Assembly: GCA_048213135.1 (NCBI GenBank)
Contig: PS015360.1
Coordinates: 176,848-223,149, forward strand
DNA from: Reclinomonas americana ATCC 50394
Taxonomy: Eukaryota
Length of the DNA: 46,302 nucleotides
Direction: 5' to 3'
Both the position numbers and the translations under genes were made by a program. The notes beneath the pieces were generated by a model. It was not told where the DNA came from. It did not search any database and worked only from the letters and a program-made list of their open reading frames with translations. Positions 13,201-24,830 of this stretch are shown in pieces; the stretch's first letter is position 1; each line of letters starts with the position of its first letter.

Positions 13201-16200
13201 ACCACAATTGTTACTTGCAGAGTTTCGCAGCATGGTGCAGCCCGTGATTGTCTGCGTGGGGAGCGCAAGTGAGCTTTTTTGATTGCGTGTTAGACAGAAG
13301 GATCCCCCAACTCGCACCTGACTGCCAGTTCCGTGAAAGATTGCTGCCAATCCTCCGCCACCCGAGTTTCCACCGTTGTTCGCCGCCAAACTTTGAGCAG
13401 AGGCAGAGACTCCAGAGGCAACACCTGTGCGGAGCTGGCGCATAAGGGCATCGACCGCATAGAGTGAAACGGAAGATTCCTCACCGCCGTTTCCATTGTT
13501 GACAAAGAGGTTGTCCGTAAAAGTACAATTCGTGAGAGTCTGCCACGCATCATGAGCACGCAAGCAAAGAAAGCGCACAGCGTGTTCTCTCATTCAGGAA
13601 ACGTACTTGAACATTGTTATTATAAAAGTAGGTGAAGAGACCACCGCCACCGAGATTGCTGCTGGAGCTGTCGGCATTGGCGATTCCGGCGGCAGATGCA
13701 GACCCTGAGCGTTAGTGTTTGCAAGCAATTGAGACTTCTCGTACACAGGACAGACTTGAGCCGCGCAGAGAGCACGAACCCGCATTGCCAGTGCCCGAGA
13801 CCACATTGCTGGAGAAGACTGTGTTGTCGAGCGACTGCGCAGGCACAGATAATGTGAGCGAGCCTCGAAAAGAGAGAGAGAGAGAGACTCGAAATCTCGT
13901 GCCTGGCTGCCGGCATTCTTGAAAAACACCCACATGCCAGCACCGCCAATAAACGACCCACTGCTCCTGGCAGACGATGTCGAGTCAATATTCATGTCAC
14001 CTGTTGCCGTGGCCGTCCCTGCGAGGTTCGTCAGGACACTAGACGACAATGCGGGTGCGACACGTGTCGTCCCCTACCTCCGTTTCCGCACGACGTTACA
14101 GCGTTGCTGGCAAATGTGCAGTTGCTGACCACCTGTTACGCGCACAGTTGGTGGGCCACTGCTGCTGCCTCGCGTGTAGAACACCACTCACCTGTTGCCC
14201 AGTGTTGCCAATGAATGCCAGTGAAACGCCGCCGCCACCATGGTAGCCGCCACTGGAAATCGCCAAAGTGTGCGTGCCGCCGAGTGCCGAGCCTAAAGGT
14301 GGTGGGCGTTATGTCAGGTGAGGAAGACAGTGGTAATCAGCAGCATGATGGGAGTACTGACCTGCATTTCCGGAGCTGTCGACCGTATTGTTGAAGAAGC
14401 GACACGATGACAGCGTCTGCAGGATGGCAAGCATGTGAGGGGCATAGAGGCGAGAGAGCGAGAAGACCAGCGCACGGTACAGTACCTGCGAGCCATTGCC
14501 ACCAATATTTACAAACACCGCGCCTCCACCGTTGGTGCCTCCGGAGCTGGAGGCAGACACCTGACTGCCGGTGCCTGCACACACAAACAAGACACAGGGA
14601 GGGTGATTACTGACGATCATTTCTGCTGCTCATCCGAACTTGTCGACGTCGCAGTGTACAAACCCCCGTTGCCACTGAGCGACACACGATTGCTGATGAA
14701 CGCAGAATTACTCAACACCTGCACGCACAATGAGCGGGGCATTAGAGCTGTGGAGAAAGAGGCAGGAGGATCGATACAAAGTGCACCTGCGCAGCATTGG
14801 CATTGGAAACCAGCATAATCGCACCACCACCGCAATTGCCGCCCACACTGTTGGCCGTTCCAGTGGCACTCGCTGCGACGACGAGTGAGAAGAAGGCACA
14901 CCGTGCGCGGAGACAGCAGACACCACGGACGTACATCTTCCTGCGTTGCAATTGTTGAACGCCTGATTGCCGGTGAATGTGCCATTGACGACACTCTGCA
15001 CCGCCGCCATGACAGTTGGACGCGCGCCAAAAACGTAACAAGCAAGTAAGCACACACCTGGCTCCCGTTGCCGTTACTCAGCGTCAGAATAGCGCCACCA
15101 CCACTGAACTGCGACTGGCTGTCGGAGGCGATGACCGTGGTGCTCGTCGACGCATCACCTGCATTTCCCCCGGGAAGACGTATTACTTCCCACAGTCTTC
15201 TTTGTGCGAGCTCAGAGAACACGTACCACCGTTGGAATTGCTGTAAGCTGCGTTGCCAGTGAATGTTGTACTCGTCACATTCTGCCACTGCGCAGCACGA
15301 CACGGAGGTTGAGCGACATCCCGCATATATAAATACAAACACATATATACCTGAGCAAGCTGAGTGAGAGCGCTGGGAAAGAATGCAAGCACGGCACCGC
15401 CACCGGCACCTCCCGCTGTGGACATACACGACGCGCCGTTGCTGTTGCCACCACGACCATTGGACAAGGCCATGTTGCCGGTAAAGTCGCTGCTGATAAT
15501 CTGCGAGGTGGTGAGGGACAATGACGAAGACGACAAGCACAAGCCTCACGGACCTCGTGCAACAGTGACGTGACGAGCGGAGCGGAGGCGAATGAGAGCC
15601 ACAGAGCGCCACCGCCAGAGGCACTAATCGGCACCGGGAGCGCCAACTGCAGACCGACACTGGTCCCGCTTTGCGTGTTGCCGCTGCCCCCGCCAGCATT
15701 GTTGCTCGCCACATTGCCCACAAACTCGCATCCCGTCACCTGCAAGTACGATTTGCAGTCAACGAATCGTGCAACGCGCTGCTACCAGTGGCCGCACACA
15801 GACACACCTTCAAGTTGACGACGCCGCCCACCCACACTCCACCTCCTCCGCATTGCGTACCAGAGTTCCCCGAGCCCTGCACGTTGCTGCCACCTCCGCA
15901 GCAGCTGTCCACACGATTTTGCGACACGGTAGTTTGTGAAATCTGCGAATCAACGACACATGAGCAGAAAGAGAAGCAGACGGAGAGGGTGATCAAACTC
16001 AACAGTCACAGTCGGTGAGGAAAGCGCGGCTGCCATGTGAATCCACACCGCACCACCTCCACTCTGCTGTCCACCGCTGGCCTGCGTGCCGGTGATGCTG
16101 CATGGACCAGGCAGTACAGGACACTGCACGCCGTTGCTGCTCGACAACAGCGCGTTACTGTCAAACGTGGAGCCTTGCAGGGAGACGGTGCTGGCCTGTT

Positions 16201-17494
16201 GGACGCACAGAGCGCCTCCACCGACCCCGTTACTCCCGTTGGGCGACTGCGAATCACCATTGCCACAGCCGCTGACAGTGTTGGAACTCCACAGGCTGCC
16301 GACATCCGACACGCTGACCGACAGCGCATCCGTCACATACACGGCGCCGCCACCGTTGGAGGGACCAAACAGATTGCCGGCCGAGTTCCCCTGGAAGGTA
16401 CAGTTGGTGGCCGAGAACACAACACCGCCACCACCGCCCTGCACAAACACAGCGCCACCCCCCGCCCCGCCAGTGGCACCAGCGGCCGACGCCGCCGTCG
16501 GCCCGTGCACCGCATTGTCTACAAATGTGCAGTTGCGCATGGTCACCGACGCTCCTCCAAGCAGGCCAGCTCCCACACTCAACGCAGCACCAGATGCACC
16601 AGCGCTCTGCTTGATGCAGTCCGCAAACGTCGACGACTCCACCGACACCGTGCCAAAATGGCCGCTCACTGACACCGCCGACGAGGCGAGGCCGGCGGCC
16701 GATCCTCGGTGGTGCGCAAAGTTGCATCCGCTGATGGTGAGTGAGGCCGTGCCCGCCAGCGCTGTGGCGTCGAGCGCCACTGCACCGCCGAGAGAGCTGG
16801 AGAAGGTGGCATCGACGATGCTCACTTGTGCCACGGAGCCGGGAGTGGGCACCGCCGACGTCCACGACACAACTGGCGACGCCGCCGAACCGCCGACCAC
16901 AACAAGCCGATTGATAGTGAATGCAGACGAATCGTGCACCGACACGAAAGCGGAGGTGGAGGCCGGCGAGACTTGCAGCACGGCGGCGGTGGCCAGCGGC
17001 GGTGGCGTTGTCAGCGTCACATTGTGACCTGAGAACGAGAGTGAGAGCGTGTTCTCACACACACACACACACATGCATTGATGAATCGAGACAAGACGAC
17101 TGCACCGGTGATGGAGAGCGAGGTGGTGCTCGCCAGCGTGTAGGTGCCCTCGGCAAAGAGCACCTCCAGTGCCCAGTCGAGCTGCACGAGATTGTAGTGG
17201 CGATCTGTGCACGATGCAATAATGACCGATGCGTCACACGGCGATGCGGCGCTGGAGCCGCATGGTGTGGTAGTGGAGCCGGTAGGTGACACATAGACTG
17301 GAGTGGGGGGACTGACGAGTGAGGGGTTGCGTGACACTTGCAAATAAAGAGTGACACACACCTTGGCAGAGAGGAGAGGGCGATGCCGCAAAGACGCTCA
17401 GAGGTATGCACAGAGACAGAGAGAGGAGAAGGAAAAGAAGGATGAGAGGAGGAATGTGGAGCGGTGGGCGTAATCGTGGTGGTGATGTTGTCAT
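1215..17494 (-). CDS. Giant multi-exon surface protein: signal peptide, PMP/pectin-lyase-like beta-helix repeats, Cys-rich linker, multi-pass (about 7 TM) domain, His-rich tail
   Basis: MTTSPPRLRPPLHIPPLILLFLLLSLSLCIPLSVFA signal peptide, then VYVSPTGS..PCGS..SPC. Dozens of FxxNxA and GGG[AG]-hydrophobic motifs. CPGGT..CQACPNGQY..CQPCPPNMVC linker. TM region includes YGHLYHHFRP..WYQ..RR and AYHTTVDNVLE. Stop at 1215-1217. Exons I checked join in frame; internal boundaries are approximate. Confidence 0.85.
12955..13100. repeat. Intronic (GGGA)n / GA-rich simple repeat
   Basis: Directly visible inside an enlarged intron of the giant gene. Confidence 0.8.
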
Positions 17495-18643
17495 TGCGCG
17501 AAGTCCATCTCTGTTCGGAAAGTACGTGATTTTTTTCCGGCGCGCGGGAAATAAGTGTGCTGCCTTCTTGCCGAGATCGACTGCCTCCTTGTCTTGTGCC
17601 AGGTGAGGGCAGAGTCGGCACAGTTGACAACGCGATGTTGCTTGCACAATTGTCGAATTCAATATCGATCGACGTCGACATCCTCCGAATCGCTGCACGC
17701 CCTGCATCCCCGCAGTCTCAGCCATCTTGAACATCATGAACTTCAGCATCACCGTGTTGTGCCCCTCAAGCCTTCTCTCGGCCCGACGTCGACGTCGCGT
17801 TTTCAGCGCAAATTCGCCCACTGATGCGTGTCCGATATCGACGATCTCCTCGCGCTCCCCCTCCGCACTGCACTCCTCCGGCGCAACCAACACCCACACT
17901 CACACACACCCGTGGAGACGACGCCAGTGGTCCATTAATAGACGCACACGCCACTTTCCAAACCGGTGCATCACCACACCTCAAATTGCACATAAATTTT
18001 GTCCGCTACGCCATCATTGNNNNNNNNNNNNNNNNNNNNNNNNNNNNNNNNNNNNNNNNNNNNNNNNNNNNNNNNNNNNNNNNNNNNNNNNNNNNNNNNN
18101 NNNNNNNNNNNNNNNNNNNNNNNNNNNNNNNNNNNNNNNNNNNNNNNNNNNNNNNNNNNNNNNNNNNNNNNNNNNNNNNNNNNNNNNNNNNNNNNNNNNN
18201 NNNNNNNNNNNNNNNNNNNNNNNNNNNNNNNNNNNNNNNNNNNNNNNNNNNNNNNNNNNNNNNNNNNNNNNNNNNNNNNNNNNNNNNNNNNNNNNNNNNN
18301 NNNNNNNNNNNNNNNNNNNNNNNNNNNNNNNNNNNNNNNNNNNNNNNNNNNNNNNNNNNNNNNNNNNNNNNNNNNNNNNNNNNNNNNNNNNNNNNNNNNN
18401 NNNNNNNNNNNNNNNNNNNNNNNNNNNNNNNNNNNNNNNNNNNNNNNNNNNNNNNNNNNNNNNNNNNNNNNNNNNNNNNNNNNNNNNNNNNNNNNNNNNN
18501 NNNNNNNNNNNNNNNNNNNGCGTTCCGCGTACAGCACAGGTACGGAGCGTACATGTGCCCATATAGGTCCGATCGGCCGCACTTGTGTCTCAACACGCGC
18601 ACATACAGAAACGCGCGAGGCGTTTGGTGGCTCGGGTGGCGTG

Positions 18644-21574
18644 ATGAACGGAGTGGCCAGGCACGCCGACGATTTCGACCGCCGCTCGCGAGTCTCAGTC
18701 AGCAACAATGAGAATCCACCGTATCCGGGCAACACGTTGCGTTTGTCGCCCTCGATGTTCTCGGCAAACGCAACATCGCTCACTGCCGATCTACACACAG
18801 ACTAAACGATCGCTTCACGACGGGCGGATTGGACGATGGCTACGACCGCCGACCAGCCACTGCCGACCGCGGTATGAACACGATGCCCGATCGTGATGCC
18901 GAAGAGCGCCAACCAGGTACGCAGAGGAGAAAACCTCGTCGGGTTTACAACGTACATGCATGATGAATCAGCGCTACTCGACACGCAGGCAGGGAAATAA
19001 GCAAGCTGGTGCGAGCCGACGATGTCCGTCGCGGTTCCGACTCGCCGTACGACAAGATGGGCGACTTCCGTCGGCCCAACATCCCCATCCTGTCGTATCA
19101 AGTTCAGTGATGTGTGTGTGTGCCACCAGTCGCTTTTTCCCCAGTGCTCACACCACTCTGCACGCGCACAGACCGAATATGCATCACAGTACCAGCCGTA
19201 TGCGCCACAACGGACGCATCGGGCCACTCGCTGAAGCAAAAGCTCCTGTCACAAATAAACGAAACGAAGTCAGTGTCCTAGTCCCATCGCAGCGATTCAT
19301 CTCCGTCATCGCCGAGCGCACGATGAAGGCGCTAGTCACCCTTTACCAGTCCATATGTCAGCGAGAGAGAATAAGGGTGCGTGTGTATGTGTGTGCGTGA
19401 GGTGACTCTCTGTGAGAGAACTCACAGTAGTGATCGCACAGCCGATCCGGCGAGTGGAGGCAGTGCTGGAAATGTACGATGGCGCACACCAGGCAGTGCT
19501 CGACTGCGACGATGAAGACGTCCAGGATGCCGTTGCGTGCACTTCCCTCACACAGTCGACGCCATCAGCAGTGATCACTCATTGTGTGTCGTTCAGGGGG
19601 CGATTGCACTGATCGAGGTTCTCACTGTGCAACGCCTTCGCGTGGAGCAACTCTCGCTGGCGCACAATCGACTCACCGATCGCACGGCGGCGATGCTGTC
19701 GAGTTATCTGGTGGCCAACGATCCTGTGCTGGTGCGACTGTCGCTGCGGCAGAACGAGATTGGGGTGGAGGGCGTGTCCAAGTTGGCGCGGGCCCTGCCC
19801 AAGATCACACGCCTGCGCGTACTCCATCTCGACAACAATCGTTTCGGCGCCGATGGCGCTGTGACGTTGGCGGTGGGGCTGGAGCGAAATCGCTCACTGC
19901 AGACTGTGACACTGCGCTCCAATGTCATGGGCGATCTCGGCATGCTGGCGTTTGTGGCTGTGATTGAGAACAATCGCACACTGACAGAGCTTGACCTGTC
20001 GTACAACGCGGCGTCGGATGACGAGACCGTTTCGTCCATGGCCAAGGTGCGTCGATGACGTAAAGTGGTGGGCATGCATTGACGCCAGTTGTTGATCTGG
20101 TATATGGTACACAGGCACTATCGGGCAATCACGTCATGTGTCGCCTGTTGCTGGCTGGCAATCGCTTCGGCCCGACGGTCTTGGATCCACTCACGCGGCA
20201 GCTGCGTCGCAACGAGGAACTGGCCATGTTCCAGCGCCAGGAGTCGATTGCCGAGCGACCGCATCGAGGAGTGGGGCGTGCGCCAGGCGGCAGCGGCGGC
20301 AGCGGCGCTGGTCCCTCCAGAACAACCCCTTCATCTGCAGCCGCACGGAGCAATGGCAGAGGAGAGTTTGCGGAGGAATCTGCGGTCGACCTCAACCCGG
20401 CGTCACAGGGTGCTGGTGGCACCTTGGTCCGCAACGGCCGGGTGTTCGTTGTCAGCGGTCCGCAGGATGCGCAGGCGCTCGGCAGTGATCAGGGCACCTC
20501 TGCCATGCTCGACGATGCGAGCGAGATCTCCACAGAAGCTGGGTCGTCACCCCGTGCTGCCGGCAGTGGTGCTGTTCTTGACAATGGCACCGTAGTCCTC
20601 AATCGGTATCGCGTAACCGGTCTCAGCGATGCTCACCGCGAGGAGGAGAGTGGCGGTCAGACGGTGCACCATGTTGACTATTTTGGCATCGATCTGGACA
20701 CCGACGAGCGAGTAGTCATCCAAGTGTGCACCGATGCCAAGTATCTGGCTCGGTGCGTCGCAGGTCGTGATACCGATCGACGTGTCGTTGCTTGCTGATC
20801 TCCCACTATTGTACTCGCAGACTCATGCAATACTCTGAGGTTCTGTCGCCTGCTGGTGCCTTGCCGCCTCTCCTACAAGGTGGTAAGCATACAGGCGTAT
20901 TCGTGGCCATCAATCCTCGCCCATTCGACACACTGGAGGAGTACATCAATCGGGTCAACTGCGTCGATGATCCGCTGGCATCAGTGACAGACGATCTGAT
21001 TGGCATTGTGCGCACGCTGACGCAGCTGAAGTTGGTGTGCATCGATCTCACTCCTCTGTGCTTTCGGCGATATGCCGAGAGGTATTCTCTGTCGGGCATT
21101 GACAAACTGCGCAAGGTAAGAGGCAGTAGGCGTGGCTTCAATTCACATGGTTTCATCTGCTGATTTGTTCCTGTTCCCCTTCTGCTCCAAGCTTGAGCAT
21201 GCGCGTGATGTTCCACTTCACTCATTTACCGTTTACACCGCGCCTGAGCACCTGGTGCAAGTGGCCAGCAATCCGCTCACCAGACTTGTCACCTTCACAA
21301 CCGAGTCAATCCTGTGGTCGCTCGGCATCGTCGTGTTGCACATGCACGTACCCGACATATTCCAGCAGTACCGTTCGTTGCAGACGTTCCTGGAGAGTCT
21401 CATCACCGGTACGTAGGCCTGCGACAGCCGCAGTGGCTGCCACCAGCGAGCTCACCGAAGTGCACAGATGACTTCCGACCCGATCTCGATCACCTCGTGG
21501 AGGACTTGCGAGTTCGTGATTTTCTCCGCGCTGTTTTGCAGCATCGGCCCGTCGACAGAACCCTACGGTGGTGA
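18644..21574 (+). CDS. Ribonuclease-inhibitor-type LRR protein with a C-terminal pseudokinase domain
   Basis: 28-aa LRRs (LSLAHNRLTD, LSLRQNEIGVEG, LHLDNNRFGADG, LDLSYN). Kinase-like exons: VLNRYRV..YFGIDLDTDERVVIQ, TLEEYI, LVCIDLTP, LSGID, YTAPE, ILWSLGIVV, RPVDR. The start is uncertain because a gap lies just upstream. Confidence 0.8.
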
Positions 21575-21660
21575 TACATTGCCGCTGCAAACGGCGACGT
21601 ATAAAAAATTTGTAACAAGTCACCAACACGTTACATCATTTTTTGCCATTTTCGAACGCA

Positions 21661-23662
21661 ATGGAACGCAAAGCGGTAACAGCAGCCATCAGTGTGCTGA
21701 CCGTGTGCGGCAAGTTGCGACGCAGTGCCCTCTCGCGGCTCCACTACACAGCATCACACGCACGTCTTTTTTCACAGCTGTGTGATAGTTGTCTCTCTCA
21801 CACATACGGAATAACTCACACGTGCACACACACACACACATTCACATCCACAGGTTCGCTGCCGAGTTCAGTCGCGACGCGACGGTGGCTGATGTGATAC
21901 GCATAGCGCGCGATGGTGTGTGTGTGTGTGTGTGTGTGCTTTCACGAGATGATGCATTGTGATGATGATGATGTTAATGATGATGTTGATGACGATGTTG
22001 GGTGGCAGTGTTCGAGACGCTCTCGGCTTGTGTGGCCATGGTCAATGGCGACAAGGCCAAGGACTCGACCAAGCTGAAGAAGCTGTTCAACAGTTACGCC
22101 TCACCACGCGTGTGCCTTGTGTGGGTATTTTTGACAACGAAGCTAACTGCATGCATGCATCTTGAATGGGTGTTTTTGTTCTCCTTCTTCGTTGCCTCTG
22201 TCTCTGCCGCCTCCCCCTCCTCTGTCTCGTGATGTCCTGTTTTATTNNNNNNNNNNNNNNNNNNNNNNNNNNNNNNNNNNNNNNNNNNNNNNNNNNNNNN
22301 NNNNNNNNNNNNNNNNNNNNNNNNNNNNNNNNNNNNNNNNNNNNNNNNNNNNNNNNNNNNNNNNNNNNNNNNNNNNNNNNNNNNNNNNNNNNNNNNNNNN
22401 NNNNNNNNNNNNNNNNNNNNNNNNNNNNNNNNNNNNNNNNNNNNNNNNNNNNNNNNNNNNNNNNNNNNNNNNNNNNNNNNNNNNNNNNNNNNNNNNNNNN
22501 NNNNNNNNNNNNNNNNNNNNNNNNNNNNNNNNNNNNNNNNNNNNNNNNNNNNNNNNNNNNNNNNNNNNNNNNNNNNNNNNNNNNNNNNNNNNNNNNNNNN
22601 NNNNNNNNNNNNNNNNNNNNNNNNNNNNNNNNNNNNNNNNNNNNNNNNNNNNNNNNNNNNNNNNNNNNNNNNNNNNNNNNNNNNNNNNNNNNNNNNNNNN
22701 NNNNNNNNNNNNNNNNNNNNNNNNNNNNNNNNNNNNNNNNNNNNNNNNNNNNNNNNNNNNNNNNNNNNNNNNNNNNNNNNNNNNNNNNNNNNNNNNNNNN
22801 NNNNNNNNNNNNNNNNNNNNNNNNNNNNNNNNNNNNNNNNNNNNNNNNNNNNNNNNNNNNNNNNNNNNNNNNNNNNNNNNNNNNNNNNNNNNNNNNNNNN
22901 NNNNNNNNNNNNNNNNNNNNNNNNNNNNNNNNNNNNNGTCCTGTTTTATTGCATCGCGTTGCTGATGTGTCGCGCAGTGGAGAGTGACGGACGAAAAGAG
23001 ATGTTCCTGCTTCCGCTGTGTGATGCAGAGTTCCGCATGCATTACCGCCACACCGTGGTTGGTGACGCAGCTGGTGCTGTGGGTGGTGGGCCGTCGTCGT
23101 CTGCGGCGACGTCGGGCGTGCAGTCGACCGACGTGGTTGCCGGAGGTGAGGCGTGTGCTCGCTCTGTGTGCCTTTGTTAACCGTGCTCCCTCGTGACACT
23201 CTTCCGCTCGTGCTGTTCCCTCCTCTGGCAGGCGCTGCTGCTGGGGGCAGTGGTAGTGGAAGTGGTGGTGACGCCGGCCCGTCGGTGCCGCCAGTTGAGT
23301 GTGACGATTTTGTTGTGGTGCTGGATGTTTGTTTCTGGTCTCAATATGAAACTCGATGCATTGCATGCGAGCAGCAGGTGAGCGTGGAGGCGCTGAGCGA
23401 GAGCGAGAGTGCGGAGTTGCTGGCGATGGGGCGTGAGCGTATGCCGGGCATTCTCGAGCAGGGCGAGTGGTTGGCTGGTGCATGCGCCTATGCAGATGTT
23501 GGCGCAGACTCATCAGTGTGCATGTTACGTGTGCACAGAGAAATCCGTTGCTGGCGACGTGGCGAATGTGCCCGAGTCGCGACTGTCGGCCAAGCTGATG
23601 GAGGAACTGGAGGAGATTGATGTGATGGATCCGTCTGAGACCGGTGAGGCTGGCATCCGAGC

Positions 23663-23704
<42 letters not shown>

Positions 23705-24790
23705 GACAACGAAGGAGTGCATGCATGTGTTTGTGCTTTGGGAGATTTGCAGTGCTCGGCTCACTCACATTCACCCACGCAGGCGTGTATGGCACGGTGC
23801 CGCAGATGGCGTCGCAGGCGGTGCGAGTGGTGCGGCTGTCTCCATCGGGACCGACATCGCGCTACGAGGTGCAACTGGTGGCGCAGTTCTCGCAGCCGAT
23901 GGTGGGTGTGCACGATTGATGTGGGTTGGAGACTGGAAGACGAGGNNNNNNNNNNNNNNNNNNNNNNNNNNNNNNNNNNNNNNNNNNNNNNNNNNNNNNN
24001 NNNNNNNNNNNNNNNNNNNNNNNNNNNNNNNNNNNNNNNNNNNNNNNNNNNNNNNNNNNNNNNNNNNNNNNNNNNNNNNNNNNNNNNNNNNNNNNNNNNN
24101 NNNNNNNNNNNNNNNNNNNNNNNNNNNNNNNNNNNNNNNNNNNNNNNNNNNNNNNNNNNNNNNNNNNNNNNNNNNNNNNNNNNNNNNNNNNNNNNNNNNN
24201 NNNNNNNNNNNNNNNNNNNNNNNNNNNNNNNNNNNNNNNNNNNNNNNNNNNNNNNNNNNNNNNNNNNNNNNNNNNNNNNNNNNNNNNNNNNNNNNNNNNN
24301 NNNNNNNNNNNNNNNNNNNNNNNNNNNNNNNNNNNNNNNNNNNNNNNNNNNNNNNNNNNNNNNNNNNNNNNNNNNNNNNNNNNNNNNNNNNNNNNNNNNN
24401 NNNNNNNNNNNNNNNNNNNNNNNNNNNNNNNNNNNNNNNNNNNNNNNNNNNNNNNNNNNNNNNNNNNNNNNNNNNNNNNNNNNNNNNNNNNNNNNNNNNN
24501 NNNNNNNNNNNNNNNNNNNNNNNNNNNNNNNNNNNNNNNNNNNNNNNNNNNNNNNNNNNNNNNNNNNNNNNNNNNNNNNNNNNNNNNNNNNNNNNNNNNN
24601 NNNNNNNNNNNNNNNNNNNNNNNNNNNNNNNNNNNNNNNNNNNNNNNNNNNNNNNNNNNNNNNNNNNNNNNAAGCGGCCGTGGAGAGAAGCGCGAGGAGA
24701 AGTACACGGTGCCGCTGAGCTTCAGTGGTCAGGATCTGCTGGACTACATCAGCCAGCAGAGTGGTGTCGATGTGCGCCAGGTGCGTCTGC

Positions 24791-24830
<40 letters not shown>

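Noticed and set aside
5960-16020. Periodic array as CRISPR or a mobile-element repeat
   Set aside because: Periodicity is at the protein and exon level, with no identical nucleotide direct repeats and a eukaryotic context.
17650-18019. Possible gene fragment beside the gap
   Set aside because: No recognisable motif or consistent splice pattern in any frame; left uncalled.
21661-21712. Bacterial lipoprotein-like signal (LTVC) at the A2M start
   Set aside because: The hydrophobic stretch is short and the lipobox -1 residue does not fit; the segment reads better as Ubl strand 1.
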